Notes under the pieces: generated by a model
The model's input: the letters and a program-made list of their open reading frames with translations, nothing else
Databases searched by the model: none
Told to the model about the DNA's origin: nothing
Source: Acidimicrobiia bacterium
Lineage (GTDB): Bacteria; Actinomycetota; Acidimicrobiia; Acidimicrobiales; Bin134
Assembly: GCA_022821105.1 (NCBI GenBank)
Contig: JAJEEH010000135.1
Span: forward strand, 1 to 38,747
Direction of reading: 5' to 3'
Length of the DNA: 38,747 nucleotides
Program-made: the position numbers and the translations under genes
Shown here: positions 18,824 to 27,488 of the stretch, in pieces
Numbering within the stretch: the first letter of the stretch is position 1
Layout: each line of letters starts with the position of its first letter

Positions 18824-19592
18824 ACGCAAGCCGCTGATTAGCGGCAACTGGAAGATGCACATGAACCATCTGGAGGCCATCCAGCTCATCCAGAAGCTCT
18901 CGTATGCCCTCGACCACGCCGACTACGAGTCGGCCGACGTGTCCATCCACCCGCCGTTCACCAACCTGCGGTCGGCCCAGACGGTGCTGGATGCCGACAA
19001 CATTCCCATCGCTCTGGGCGCCCAGCACTGCCACTGGGAGGAGAGCGGGGCGTTCACCGGAGAAGTGTCGCCCGCCATGCTGGCCAAGCTGGCGGTGAGC
19101 TATGTGATTGCCGGCCACTCCGAACGCCGCCAGCTCTTCGGCGAGACCGACGAGAACGTGAACCGCCGCCTCAACGCCATCCTGGGTGCGGGCATGACCC
19201 CGATCATGTGCTGCGGGGAGACCCTGGAGGAACGGGAATCCGACCAGACCGAGGACCGCATCACCACCCAGGTGGACGCCGGTCTGGCCGGGCTCAAGCG
19301 GGATCAGGTGGGGGCCATGGTGATCGCCTACGAGCCGGTGTGGGCCATAGGCACCGGACACACCGCCACCCCCGCCGATGCCCAAGGAGGCTGCGCCCTC
19401 ATCCGTGATCGAGTTCGAGCAAACTTCGGCGCCGACGCCGCCGCAAGCGTTCGAGTCCAATACGGCGGCTCGGTCAAACCCGTCAACGTCGCCGAGCTCA
19501 TGGCCCAGCCCGACATCGACGGTGCCCTCGTCGGCGGTGCCTCCCTAGAAGCCGAAAGCTTCTCCCGCATCGTCCGCTTCCGACTCCAATAG
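18816..19592 (+). CDS. tpiA: Triose-phosphate isomerase
   Basis: ATG at 18816, preceded by GAGGAGGG, overlapping the pgk end by 8 nt. Blocks: LISGNWKMH, IAGHSERR, AYEPVWAIGTG, YGGSV. Confidence 0.95.
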   Translation: MAERKPLISGNWKMHMNHLEAIQLIQKLSYALDHADYESADVSIHPPFTNLRSAQTVLDADNIPIALGAQHCHWEESGAFTGEVSPAMLAKLAVSYVIAGHSERRQLFGETDENVNRRLNAILGAGMTPIMCCGETLEERESDQTEDRITTQVDAGLAGLKRDQVGAMVIAYEPVWAIGTGHTATPADAQGGCALIRDRVRANFGADAAASVRVQYGGSVKPVNVAELMAQPDIDGALVGGASLEAESFSRIVRFRLQ

Positions 19593-19652
19593 GCAGAAGC
19601 GGGATCTTCGCCAGGGGAGGCTAGGCCCAGTGGGCCGAACCTTTGAATCTGA

Positions 19653-21518
19653 TCAGGTGATCTCCAGGTCGTCCCACTCCACCTCGGTGCAGAGGCGGTG
19701 GTACTCGGGGCCGTACCAGGGGGCGCTCATTTGAAGCCGGTTGTGGGTTGAGTTGACGTAGTAGTTGTTGCCCGGAGACCCCATCTCGTGCATCAGCAGG
19801 AGCTTGGAGGCCTCCTTGTCCAGCGCCTCGTTGTAGCGCTCGTAGGCGTCCATCGTGACCTCCACGCTGGACTTGCCCTCTTCCAGCATCCGCACGATCA
19901 ACTGGCCCGCGTAGCCCGACCACACCTGATACCAGATGGGTAGGCCCGTTCCGCCCGACAGGGGCTGGGAATTGGGGCCGTACAGCATGAACATGTTGGG
20001 GAACTTCGGCACCATCATGCTGATGTAGGCGCGGGGACCGTCCTTGGACCAGAAGTCGTGCACGTTCAGTCCATCGCGGCCTATGTAGTCGGCCGGGTAC
20101 AGGAACTGGACGATCTCGAAGCCGATGGCGGTGATGGCGGTGTCCACCTCGTAAACGGTTCCATCTTCGGTCTCCACGCCCTCGGGGGTGAACCGGACGA
20201 TCGGGTCGGTTATCAGCTCAACGTTGTCGCGGGTGAGGGCCCGGTACCAGCCGTTGTCCACCACAGGACGCCGGGAGAAGGGCGCGTAGTCGGGGATCAG
20301 CCGGTCGACGAGGTCGGGATCGTTGTCGGTTTGCTCGTGGATGTAGTTGGTGAGGAAGGAGCGAAGCTGGTCGTTCACCTTGTTCCAATAGCCCCCTTGG
20401 GCCTGCCATTCCTCATCGGGAATGAGCTGGTCGTGGGTCTTGAACAGCGCGGCGATGGCCATATAACGCCACCAATTCCAGTAGCCCGGGAAGTTGTCGA
20501 GCAGCCAGCGCACCTCCGGCTCGATGGGCTCGCCGTACTTGGGCCGGGGGCTGATCCACTGCTTGGAGCGCTGGAAGACGTACACCTGCTCGGCCTCTTC
20601 GGCGATGGGGGAGAGGAGCTGCACTCCGGTCGAGCCGTTGCCGATGACGGCGATCCGCTCGCCGCGGTAGTCATAGTCCTCAGGCCACTGCGACGGGTGG
20701 ATGGTCCGACCGGGGAAGTCCTCGAAGCCCTCGAAATTGGGGGTTCTCTGGTTGGCGAAGGCCCCGACCGCGTTGATCACCACGTTGGCCTCAATGGTTT
20801 CGATGCCGTCGGGGGTGCCGGCCTCGAGCACCCACACGTCGCGGCTCTCGTCGTAGGTGGCCCGCTTCAAGTCGTGGTCGAACCGGGTGTTGTCGTACAT
20901 GCCGTACTTGCGTGAGATGTGGAGCAAGTACTCCCGAACAAACTGGCCCTTACCGAAGTACTCGGGCCACGGGTAGTTCTTCTCAAAGGCGAACTCGTAG
21001 GTGATCGAGATCGTGTCCACCCGGATATCCGGGTAGCGGTGCCGGCTCCAGGTGCCGCCGGGCTCGGAGCGGCGTTCCAGGATCACGTAGGGGATTCCCA
21101 GCAGCTCCATCTGGATACCCGCGGCCAGTCCGCTGAAGCCGCTGCCGATGATGGCCACCTGGAATCCTTCGGGCAGCTCGGGCTTGCCGTCGGTCCAGTC
21201 CACCGTCCAGGGGAAGGGCTTGAAGGCCATCAGCTCGCGCCGGGACTCGAACTCCAGGTCGCCCATCTCTTCCTTGGTGGCGAAGTCCATCAGCTGGCGA
21301 AGGCGGGGCATCGGCGGCTCTTCGGGCATTCCCGGCCCGGCGTTCTCCTCCAGCCAGGCCACCGTCTTGGACACCAGCAGCTCGCGCTGGTCGTCGTCGA
21401 GTTCCAGCATCCGCGGCAGCGCCTCGATCTCCGGGTCGTCGGTGTGCTGGAAAAGCGCCACTCGCACCGCGTCCAAATCGGCCAGTTCCACGGCCCTGCG
21501 CATGAAGTCCGAATCCAT
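19653..21518 (-). CDS. Type I Baeyer-Villiger (flavin-containing, NADPH-dependent) monooxygenase with an N-terminal extension of about 125 aa
   Basis: FAD motif VAIIGSGFSGLAAG, an exact BVMO fingerprint FPGRTIHPSQWP (FxGxxxHxxxWP), and a second Rossmann motif VIGNGSTG. Confidence 0.85.
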   Translation of the reverse strand: MDSDFMRRAVELADLDAVRVALFQHTDDPEIEALPRMLELDDDQRELLVSKTVAWLEENAGPGMPEEPPMPRLRQLMDFATKEEMGDLEFESRRELMAFKPFPWTVDWTDGKPELPEGFQVAIIGSGFSGLAAGIQMELLGIPYVILERRSEPGGTWSRHRYPDIRVDTISITYEFAFEKNYPWPEYFGKGQFVREYLLHISRKYGMYDNTRFDHDLKRATYDESRDVWVLEAGTPDGIETIEANVVINAVGAFANQRTPNFEGFEDFPGRTIHPSQWPEDYDYRGERIAVIGNGSTGVQLLSPIAEEAEQVYVFQRSKQWISPRPKYGEPIEPEVRWLLDNFPGYWNWWRYMAIAALFKTHDQLIPDEEWQAQGGYWNKVNDQLRSFLTNYIHEQTDNDPDLVDRLIPDYAPFSRRPVVDNGWYRALTRDNVELITDPIVRFTPEGVETEDGTVYEVDTAITAIGFEIVQFLYPADYIGRDGLNVHDFWSKDGPRAYISMMVPKFPNMFMLYGPNSQPLSGGTGLPIWYQVWSGYAGQLIVRMLEEGKSSVEVTMDAYERYNEALDKEASKLLLMHEMGSPGNNYYVNSTHNRLQMSAPWYGPEYHRLCTEVEWDDLEIT

Positions 21519-21571
21519 GGCGGAAATTCTTGCAGAGCGGAGTTGGATTTCTTTAGTCCACAGCCCGTGGC

Positions 21572-22627
21572 TTATCTGGGAGATTCGGAGAACAGGGTGG
21601 TGTACACCTCACGGGTTTGTCCAGGCGACAGGCCTGCGCCCAAGTACAGGTTGTCGATGTGGATCTCCCAGTGAAGGTGGGGGTCTACGTAGAAGTCGCC
21701 GTTGGCGGCCGCGTGGGTGCCGCGATTCCCGATCTCGCCCACCCGCTGCCCCGCTTGGATTCTCTCCCCGACGCGGATATCGGGGTCTACTTCGTGGAGG
21801 TGGGCGTAGACCGTCACCACATGGCCGAGGAACGGGAAGACGCCATGGTCGATCACCACGTAGTTGCCGTAGAGGTTCAACAGCGTGAAGGGGGGCGTGG
21901 CTCGCAATGTCTCAGCAATGCGAAGCAGTTCGTCACGGTCGTCGGAATCGGGGTCTTGATAGTTGCCCACGGCCAGTACCACCCGCCCGTCCAGGGCAGC
22001 TACCGCCGAGCGGCCCAGCGTAAAGCACTGGAAGTCGACGCCTTGGTGGATCCCGGATCGATAGGCGCGAGGGGCGTTGGGCATCAGATCGGGAATGTCG
22101 AGTGGGGAGTTGCATTCGCTGGGATAGATCGTGCGGGGCGCCAGAGCCGCGGCCACTGCCAGGGCCTCTTCATAAGTCGGCGGCGGTTGGTCCAATACGA
22201 CCACGACAGGGGTGGGATCGGGACCCGGGACAACTGGAGCGGGGTCAGCGTCGTCTGGTGGGTTGCCGTCGGTTGTCTGCTGATTCGAACCGGATTCCCC
22301 TGGAGAGTCGTCTGCATTCGCTGGCAGGTCGCCGGATGCTCCGGACGACGGCTCTCCATCGACTTCCGGGGCGCCAGCTGCCTCCGAGGGGTTGGACTCT
22401 GCGGAGCTGGCGGGGGATGTTGAGGGACCATCATCGTTGCCGTCTGACGACCAAATCTGGGAAACGAGGATTCCGACTGCGAAAGCCGCCGCCAACCCAA
22501 GAATCGACAGGACCGCCCGGATCGATTTGAGGCTTCTGAGGCCTCTGGCAGCCCACTTCCCCAACCAGCGGAATGACGCAGCCAAGCCGCGCCCGATTGC
22601 ATTCAGTCCGTGACGAATCTTCTTCAT
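21572..22627 (-). CDS. Membrane-anchored M23-family metallopeptidase (peptidoglycan endopeptidase-like)
   Basis: An N-terminal TM segment (AVLSILGLAAAFAVGILV), an acidic Pro/Ser-rich linker, then M23 motifs HQGVDF and HLHWEIH. Confidence 0.8.
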   Translation of the reverse strand: MKKIRHGLNAIGRGLAASFRWLGKWAARGLRSLKSIRAVLSILGLAAAFAVGILVSQIWSSDGNDDGPSTSPASSAESNPSEAAGAPEVDGEPSSGASGDLPANADDSPGESGSNQQTTDGNPPDDADPAPVVPGPDPTPVVVVLDQPPPTYEEALAVAAALAPRTIYPSECNSPLDIPDLMPNAPRAYRSGIHQGVDFQCFTLGRSAVAALDGRVVLAVGNYQDPDSDDRDELLRIAETLRATPPFTLLNLYGNYVVIDHGVFPFLGHVVTVYAHLHEVDPDIRVGERIQAGQRVGEIGNRGTHAAANGDFYVDPHLHWEIHIDNLYLGAGLSPGQTREVYTTLFSESPR

Positions 22628-22672
22628 TGCAGATCAGCACACTACACTTGTGTCCGGTGGGTCAGTGGGGCA

Positions 22673-22930
22673 GTGGAGCGGGTAGAATTGACCGCCGTGA
22701 CCATCGCCCTTGTGGTTATCGACGTGATTGCGGCCTTGGGGCTGCTGCTTTTGGTGCTGCTGCACAGCGGCCGGGGCGGCGGCCTTTCCGACATGTTTGG
22801 CGGAGGCTTCGGAACGCAGGCTGCGGGGTCGACGGTCATCGAGAAGAACCTCGACCGGCTCACCATCGTGGCCGCGTTGATCTTCTCCTTCTCCACTCTG
22901 GCTCTGGCCCTGCTGCTGGACTCCAGCTAG
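22673..22930 (+). CDS. secG: Preprotein translocase subunit SecG
   Basis: LLLLVLLHSGRGGGLSDMFGGG...EKNLDRLT matches the SecG consensus. The start is uncertain: GTG 22673 or TTG 22688, with the ORF open from 22610. Confidence 0.8.
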   Translation: MERVELTAVTIALVVIDVIAALGLLLLVLLHSGRGGGLSDMFGGGFGTQAAGSTVIEKNLDRLTIVAALIFSFSTLALALLLDSS

Positions 22931-22951
22931 CAGCTGACCGCAATCTGTCGG

Positions 22952-24058
22952 TTGGACTTCGCACTCAGCCCCGAGTTGCTGGAACTGCGCGACCGGGCGC
23001 GGGAGGTTGCTGCTGTCGGCGTAGCCCGCTTCGGGCGGCACAACGACTCATGGATCAACGGCTACTCCAGGGAATTCGCCCGGGTTATGGCCGACGAGGG
23101 TTGGATCGGCATGGGCTGGCCGAAAGAGTACGGGGGGCGGGCCCGACCACCCATCGAGCGGCTGATCGTGGCCGAGGAGATGATCAGCGCCGGCGCTCCG
23201 GTGGCGGCCATGTGGTTCGCCGACCGCCAGATGGGGCCGACGCTCATCGCCTACGGCACAGATCAGCAGAAGGCCGAGTTCCTGCCTCAGATGCTGGCGG
23301 GGGAGAGCACTTGGTGCATCGGCATGAGCGAACCCGACGCCGGCTCCGACCTGGCCTCTATTGGCACTCGGGCGGTCCGCAACGGCGACCACTTTGTGAT
23401 CGACGGCCAGAAGATCTGGACCAGCTTCGGCAATTTGGCCGACTACTGCTATCTGATCTGCCGCACCAGCGACGATGGTCCCCCCCACCGGGGGGTCAGC
23501 GAGATCATCGTGGCCATGGACACCCCCGGCATCGAGGTGCGCCCCATCACCGACATGATTGCCAACCGGCACTTCTGCGAGATCTACTTCACCGGCGTAC
23601 GGGTGCCGGCCGAGAACCTGGTGGGTGCCGAGGGAGACGCCTTCAAGCAGACCATGGCGCAGTTGGCCCACGAGCGAGGTGGCATCGACCGCTTGGTGTC
23701 CAACCGGGCGCTGTTCCTCCACGCTCAGTCAAAGGCCGACCGCGACGACCCCCGGGTTCGCCAAGAGATCGCCCGGCTGGAGAGCGAGTACCGGGTGGGC
23801 CGCCTGCTGGTGTACCGGGAGGCTCTGGGCCAGGCCCCCGCCGGTTTCAGCGCGGCCACCAAGGCCTTCTGCACCGAGCACGAGCAGCGGGTAGCCCAGT
23901 TCGCCGCTGCCACCCTCGGCCCGGCAGCCCTGCTCGACGACCCCTGGACCCGGGCGATCTGTTACGCCCCCTCGTACACCATCGCCGGCGGCACCTCCAA
24001 CGTCATGCGCAACATCCTCGGCGAGCGCGTCTTAGGCCTGCCCCGAGAGCCCCGCTGA
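22952..24058 (+). CDS. Acyl-CoA dehydrogenase family protein
   Basis: TTG start. Blocks: GWPKEYGG, CIGMSEPDAGSDLAS, DGQKIWTS, a region resembling the AERGG signature (AHERGGIDR), and the C-terminal YTIAGGTSNVMRNILGERVLGLP. Confidence 0.9.
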   Translation: MDFALSPELLELRDRAREVAAVGVARFGRHNDSWINGYSREFARVMADEGWIGMGWPKEYGGRARPPIERLIVAEEMISAGAPVAAMWFADRQMGPTLIAYGTDQQKAEFLPQMLAGESTWCIGMSEPDAGSDLASIGTRAVRNGDHFVIDGQKIWTSFGNLADYCYLICRTSDDGPPHRGVSEIIVAMDTPGIEVRPITDMIANRHFCEIYFTGVRVPAENLVGAEGDAFKQTMAQLAHERGGIDRLVSNRALFLHAQSKADRDDPRVRQEIARLESEYRVGRLLVYREALGQAPAGFSAATKAFCTEHEQRVAQFAAATLGPAALLDDPWTRAICYAPSYTIAGGTSNVMRNILGERVLGLPREPR

Positions 24059-24086
24059 GCTCCTCATAACCGAGTGGAATTCGGCA

Positions 24087-25757
24087 TTAGCTCGTCGTGT
24101 TCCTTCTACGACGGCGCTGGGGGCCGCGGTCGTGGGTTTCGGTGTCCACTCCTTGCTCACGCAGCACCATCTTGCGGACTTTTTCCGACGGCGTCTTCGG
24201 CAATTCGTCGACCAAACGGAGGTAGCGGGACACCGCGAAGGCCGGTAGCTGCTTGTCGGCGTATGCCCAGACCTCCTCGGTGCTGATCTCGACGCCCGCC
24301 TCGGGTACCAAAAAGACCATCACCTCGTCTTCTCCGGCCTCCTGGTCGGCGGGAACGCCGATGGCGGCGACCTCGGCAAGGGCTGGATGGGAAACCAGAC
24401 CTTGTTCAACCTCGTACGACGAGATGTTCTCGCCCCGCCGCCGGATTGCGTCCTTCAGGCGATCCACGAAGTAGTACCAGCCTTCGGCGTCGCGGCGGAG
24501 CCCGTCGCCGGTGTGGAACCACAGGTTTCTGAAGGCTTCGGTGGTTTTGTCGGGCATGCCGAAGTACCCCTGGCAGGTGGTCCACGGATAGCGGCCCCTG
24601 ACGATGAGCTCTCCCACCTCGCCGACCGGCACCTCTTCGTCGGTGTCAGAGTCCACCAATCGGATATCAAACCAGTCGGCGTTGAGAAGCCCAGCGGCGC
24701 CCGGTGGGCGGTCGACGCCATAGGGCGTAAGGATCGGCATGCAGGTCTCGGTGAGGCCGAATACCTCCACGAAGGCCTCGACGCCGAAGCGCTCCTTGAA
24801 CTGGTTGAGGATGGAACTGGCCGTAGGCGCCGCGAAGATGCAGCGCAAATGGTTGTCGGCATCGTCAGGCCGAGGCTCCTGCTGCCAGACGAAGTCCATC
24901 ATCACGCCGACGAAGTTGGTCACCGTCGCGTTTGCCGCTCGGATCTGGTCGATCCATTCCGACGCGCTGAAGCGCTCGTGCAACACGTAGCGGGCACCGG
25001 CGATCAGCGCCGGGTAGGCCGCCAGGAACTGCGAGTTCCCATGGAACAGCGGGCCCACCGACATATACGTGTCGGCTTCCGTTAGCCGGGTCAACGACAC
25101 GCACTCGTCTGCGAACAGGTACATGTGGGCGTGCGGCATCATGACGCCCTTCGACAGCCCGGTGGTGCCCGACGTGAAGAAAACCGACGCGAGGTCGCGA
25201 GCCTCCACATCGGGCAACTCGGCTCGTGCGGCGGTGAGAAGCGATTTCCACGGGCTGGCCTCGTAGCCGGCGGCCCTCAGTTGGGAGATTGCGGCGGCAA
25301 CCGCAGCATCGTCTCCGACGACGAAGTAGTGGCGGATGGACGTCACCGCGTCGGGAACGTCAACGATGCGCTCCACGAACTCGGGCGCGATAACGGCCAG
25401 CGCTGGTTCTGTAGTGCGGACCTGATGGGCCAAGAACGATCCTCGGTAGGCCGTATTGATCGGTACCTCCACGAGGCCGGCGACCGACGACCCCAGCCAC
25501 GCGAGAATGTACGCGGAGCAGTTCGGGATCATGATCAGGACCCGGTCGCCCGGCTGGGCCCCAGCAACCAGCATTCCCGAGCCGACACGCTCGGCCAGAT
25601 CGAGGGTTTCGGCGAACGTGTAAGACTCGCCGGACCACGGCACGTCGAGATAAGTGCGGTGCGGGTGCCGAGCGGCGCGGTCCCGAAGCACCCGGGGAGA
25701 GCTCCACGACGCCCGATCCGGATAGGAAGGCGTGTACTCGTCGTAATACTGAGTCAT
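24087..25757 (-). CDS. AMP-binding acyl-CoA ligase (CaiC/ATP-dependent acyl-CoA ligase-like)
   Basis: 556-aa ORF with VFFTSGTTGLSKGVMM, FGLTE, FHTGDGLRRDAEGWYYFVDRLKD and PSEKVRK. Confidence 0.9.
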   Translation of the reverse strand: MTQYYDEYTPSYPDRASWSSPRVLRDRAARHPHRTYLDVPWSGESYTFAETLDLAERVGSGMLVAGAQPGDRVLIMIPNCSAYILAWLGSSVAGLVEVPINTAYRGSFLAHQVRTTEPALAVIAPEFVERIVDVPDAVTSIRHYFVVGDDAAVAAAISQLRAAGYEASPWKSLLTAARAELPDVEARDLASVFFTSGTTGLSKGVMMPHAHMYLFADECVSLTRLTEADTYMSVGPLFHGNSQFLAAYPALIAGARYVLHERFSASEWIDQIRAANATVTNFVGVMMDFVWQQEPRPDDADNHLRCIFAAPTASSILNQFKERFGVEAFVEVFGLTETCMPILTPYGVDRPPGAAGLLNADWFDIRLVDSDTDEEVPVGEVGELIVRGRYPWTTCQGYFGMPDKTTEAFRNLWFHTGDGLRRDAEGWYYFVDRLKDAIRRRGENISSYEVEQGLVSHPALAEVAAIGVPADQEAGEDEVMVFLVPEAGVEISTEEVWAYADKQLPAFAVSRYLRLVDELPKTPSEKVRKMVLREQGVDTETHDRGPQRRRRRNTTS

Positions 25758-25982
25758 AAGAGGCGGCCCACTCGACCATGACTGTAAGGCGGCATGAGAC
25801 CGGAACTCCTAGGCCGAGCCGACTTTGCGCAAATTCACTACCTGGTGCCCGCGGAAGAGCACTTATCTCAGACCGGTTCCTCGGCCTAGAGAGGGTGGTC
25901 GGGGTGTTGAACGGGTGTTAAGCTCGCAGCCAACGCCATCGGATACCAGGATCGGTGGCCAGAATACATCTGGGGGGATGAA

Positions 25983-27488
25983 GTGAAGGGGTTCATTACC
26001 GTGTTCTTGGCCCTCGGACTGGTCCTCGCCAGCTGCACTTCGGGCGGCGAAGACGCTTCGACAACCGCAGCCGATGGCACGACGCCTGCGGGGACTGCGC
26101 CTGGGGAGGACAGCATGTCGGCCAGCGAATCGGCAGACGACGACAGCCCATCCGCCGCCGAAGCGCCCGACGACGAACGCCCATCCACGGCCGCGGCCCT
26201 TGAGGACGACAGCTCATCTGCCGGTGAAGTGCCCGAAGGCGACAGCAGGTCCACGACTGAGGCCCCCGACGCCGGATACGTTGATCCCTACGCCGACCTT
26301 GAGGGACCGGCACCGGGAGTTACCGACGACACGATCCGGATCGGGATCACTTACATCGACCTAGGAAGTATCGAAGGTTTGACGCTCAATCACGGCGACT
26401 ATGAGGCGAACTACCGGGCCGTGATCGACATGCATAACGCCGCCGGCGGAGTCAATGGCCGGATTCTGGAGCCGGTGTTCGCCCCGATTTCGCTGGCCGA
26501 TGGCGGCAACGCCGATGCGGTGTGTGTGCAGCTAACCGAGGATGAGGAGGTGTTCGTTGTCATGGGCTTCTTCCTCGACGACGCTCCTGCGTGCTACGTC
26601 GAGGGCCACGGGCAAGCGATCATCGGCGGGACGATGACAGAGGACCTATTGGCTCGGGCCAATGCGCCTTGGTTCACGACCGAGATTGGCGGTGACTTTG
26701 AGTTCGAGGCCGCCCAGACTTTCGCTGAGGAAGGGCTGCTCGACGGACCGTTTGCGATCTATGCATCGGTAGCTGAAGAGGGCGTGGTGAATGACTCGAT
26801 CCTTCCAGCACTCGAAGCGGCCGGCGTCGCTCCGCTGGAGATCGCTATCAATGACGCGCCAACCAATGACACCGCGGCGAACGAATCGCTGAACGCAGCG
26901 ATACTTCAGCGGTTTGAGGTCGTTGGAGTGGAGACTGTCCTGGCACCGGGGAACTCGAGCACCTCCTTCGCGCAGGCGCTGGAGACCTCGTCGTACCGGC
27001 CGCGCCTACTGGCGACCAACAGTGGTTCGCTCATCGGATGGATCAACTCGGCCGACGAGCGGGACCTCTCGGTGTTGGACAATGTCGTGGCGGCCAATAC
27101 CTTCGGACCAGACTCGGCGATCTTTTCCGAGCCGCGGCTGGTCGAGTGCATCGATGCAGTGAAGGCCGCTGGCCTGTACTGGATCGGCCCCGATGACTAT
27201 CTCGCCGGTGTCAACCCGGATCAGGAGTTCCAGGAGGGCGAACGACCGTTCGTCTCAACCAGGGCAGCATGCGCGGCGCTGGCCCTGTTTACCCAGATCG
27301 CTACCGCCGCTGGTCCCAACCTGAATTATGCGAGCTTCCAAGCCGCGGGTTACGAAATCGGCGATGTGCAGATACCGGGCATTCCCGACCCGTACTTCTA
27401 CGGTCCGCCGCCATCCAGCGATGGCGATCCTCCGGTGTACCTATACCACTGGGATCAAGCCTCGGAGAGTTTCGTCATTGAGCCGTGA
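25983..27488 (+). CDS. LIV/HAAT-type ABC transporter substrate-binding lipoprotein
   Basis: GTG start after a GGGGGGA stretch. Lipobox in the signal peptide FLALGLVLASC, an acidic Ser/Asp/Pro linker, then GVTDDTIRIGITY, typical of Leu/Ile/Val-binding-protein-family receptors. Confidence 0.8.
   Translation: MKGFITVFLALGLVLASCTSGGEDASTTAADGTTPAGTAPGEDSMSASESADDDSPSAAEAPDDERPSTAAALEDDSSSAGEVPEGDSRSTTEAPDAGYVDPYADLEGPAPGVTDDTIRIGITYIDLGSIEGLTLNHGDYEANYRAVIDMHNAAGGVNGRILEPVFAPISLADGGNADAVCVQLTEDEEVFVVMGFFLDDAPACYVEGHGQAIIGGTMTEDLLARANAPWFTTEIGGDFEFEAAQTFAEEGLLDGPFAIYASVAEEGVVNDSILPALEAAGVAPLEIAINDAPTNDTAANESLNAAILQRFEVVGVETVLAPGNSSTSFAQALETSSYRPRLLATNSGSLIGWINSADERDLSVLDNVVAANTFGPDSAIFSEPRLVECIDAVKAAGLYWIGPDDYLAGVNPDQEFQEGERPFVSTRAACAALALFTQIATAAGPNLNYASFQAAGYEIGDVQIPGIPDPYFYGPPPSSDGDPPVYLYHWDQASESFVIEP

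Noticed and set aside
19624-19636. GGCCCAGTGGGCC hairpin between the convergent tpiA and BVMO genes, considered as a bidirectional terminator.
   Set aside because: It has only a 5-bp stem with a 3-nt loop and a weak T tract (CCTTT). That is too weak to call as a terminator feature.
26090-26290. Apparent repetitive DNA in the binding-protein gene, and similarly at 22200..22450 in the M23 peptidase gene.
   Set aside because: These encode acidic Ser/Asp/Pro/Ala low-complexity linkers after a signal or TM anchor. I saw no regular tandem-repeat unit or CRISPR-like spacing.
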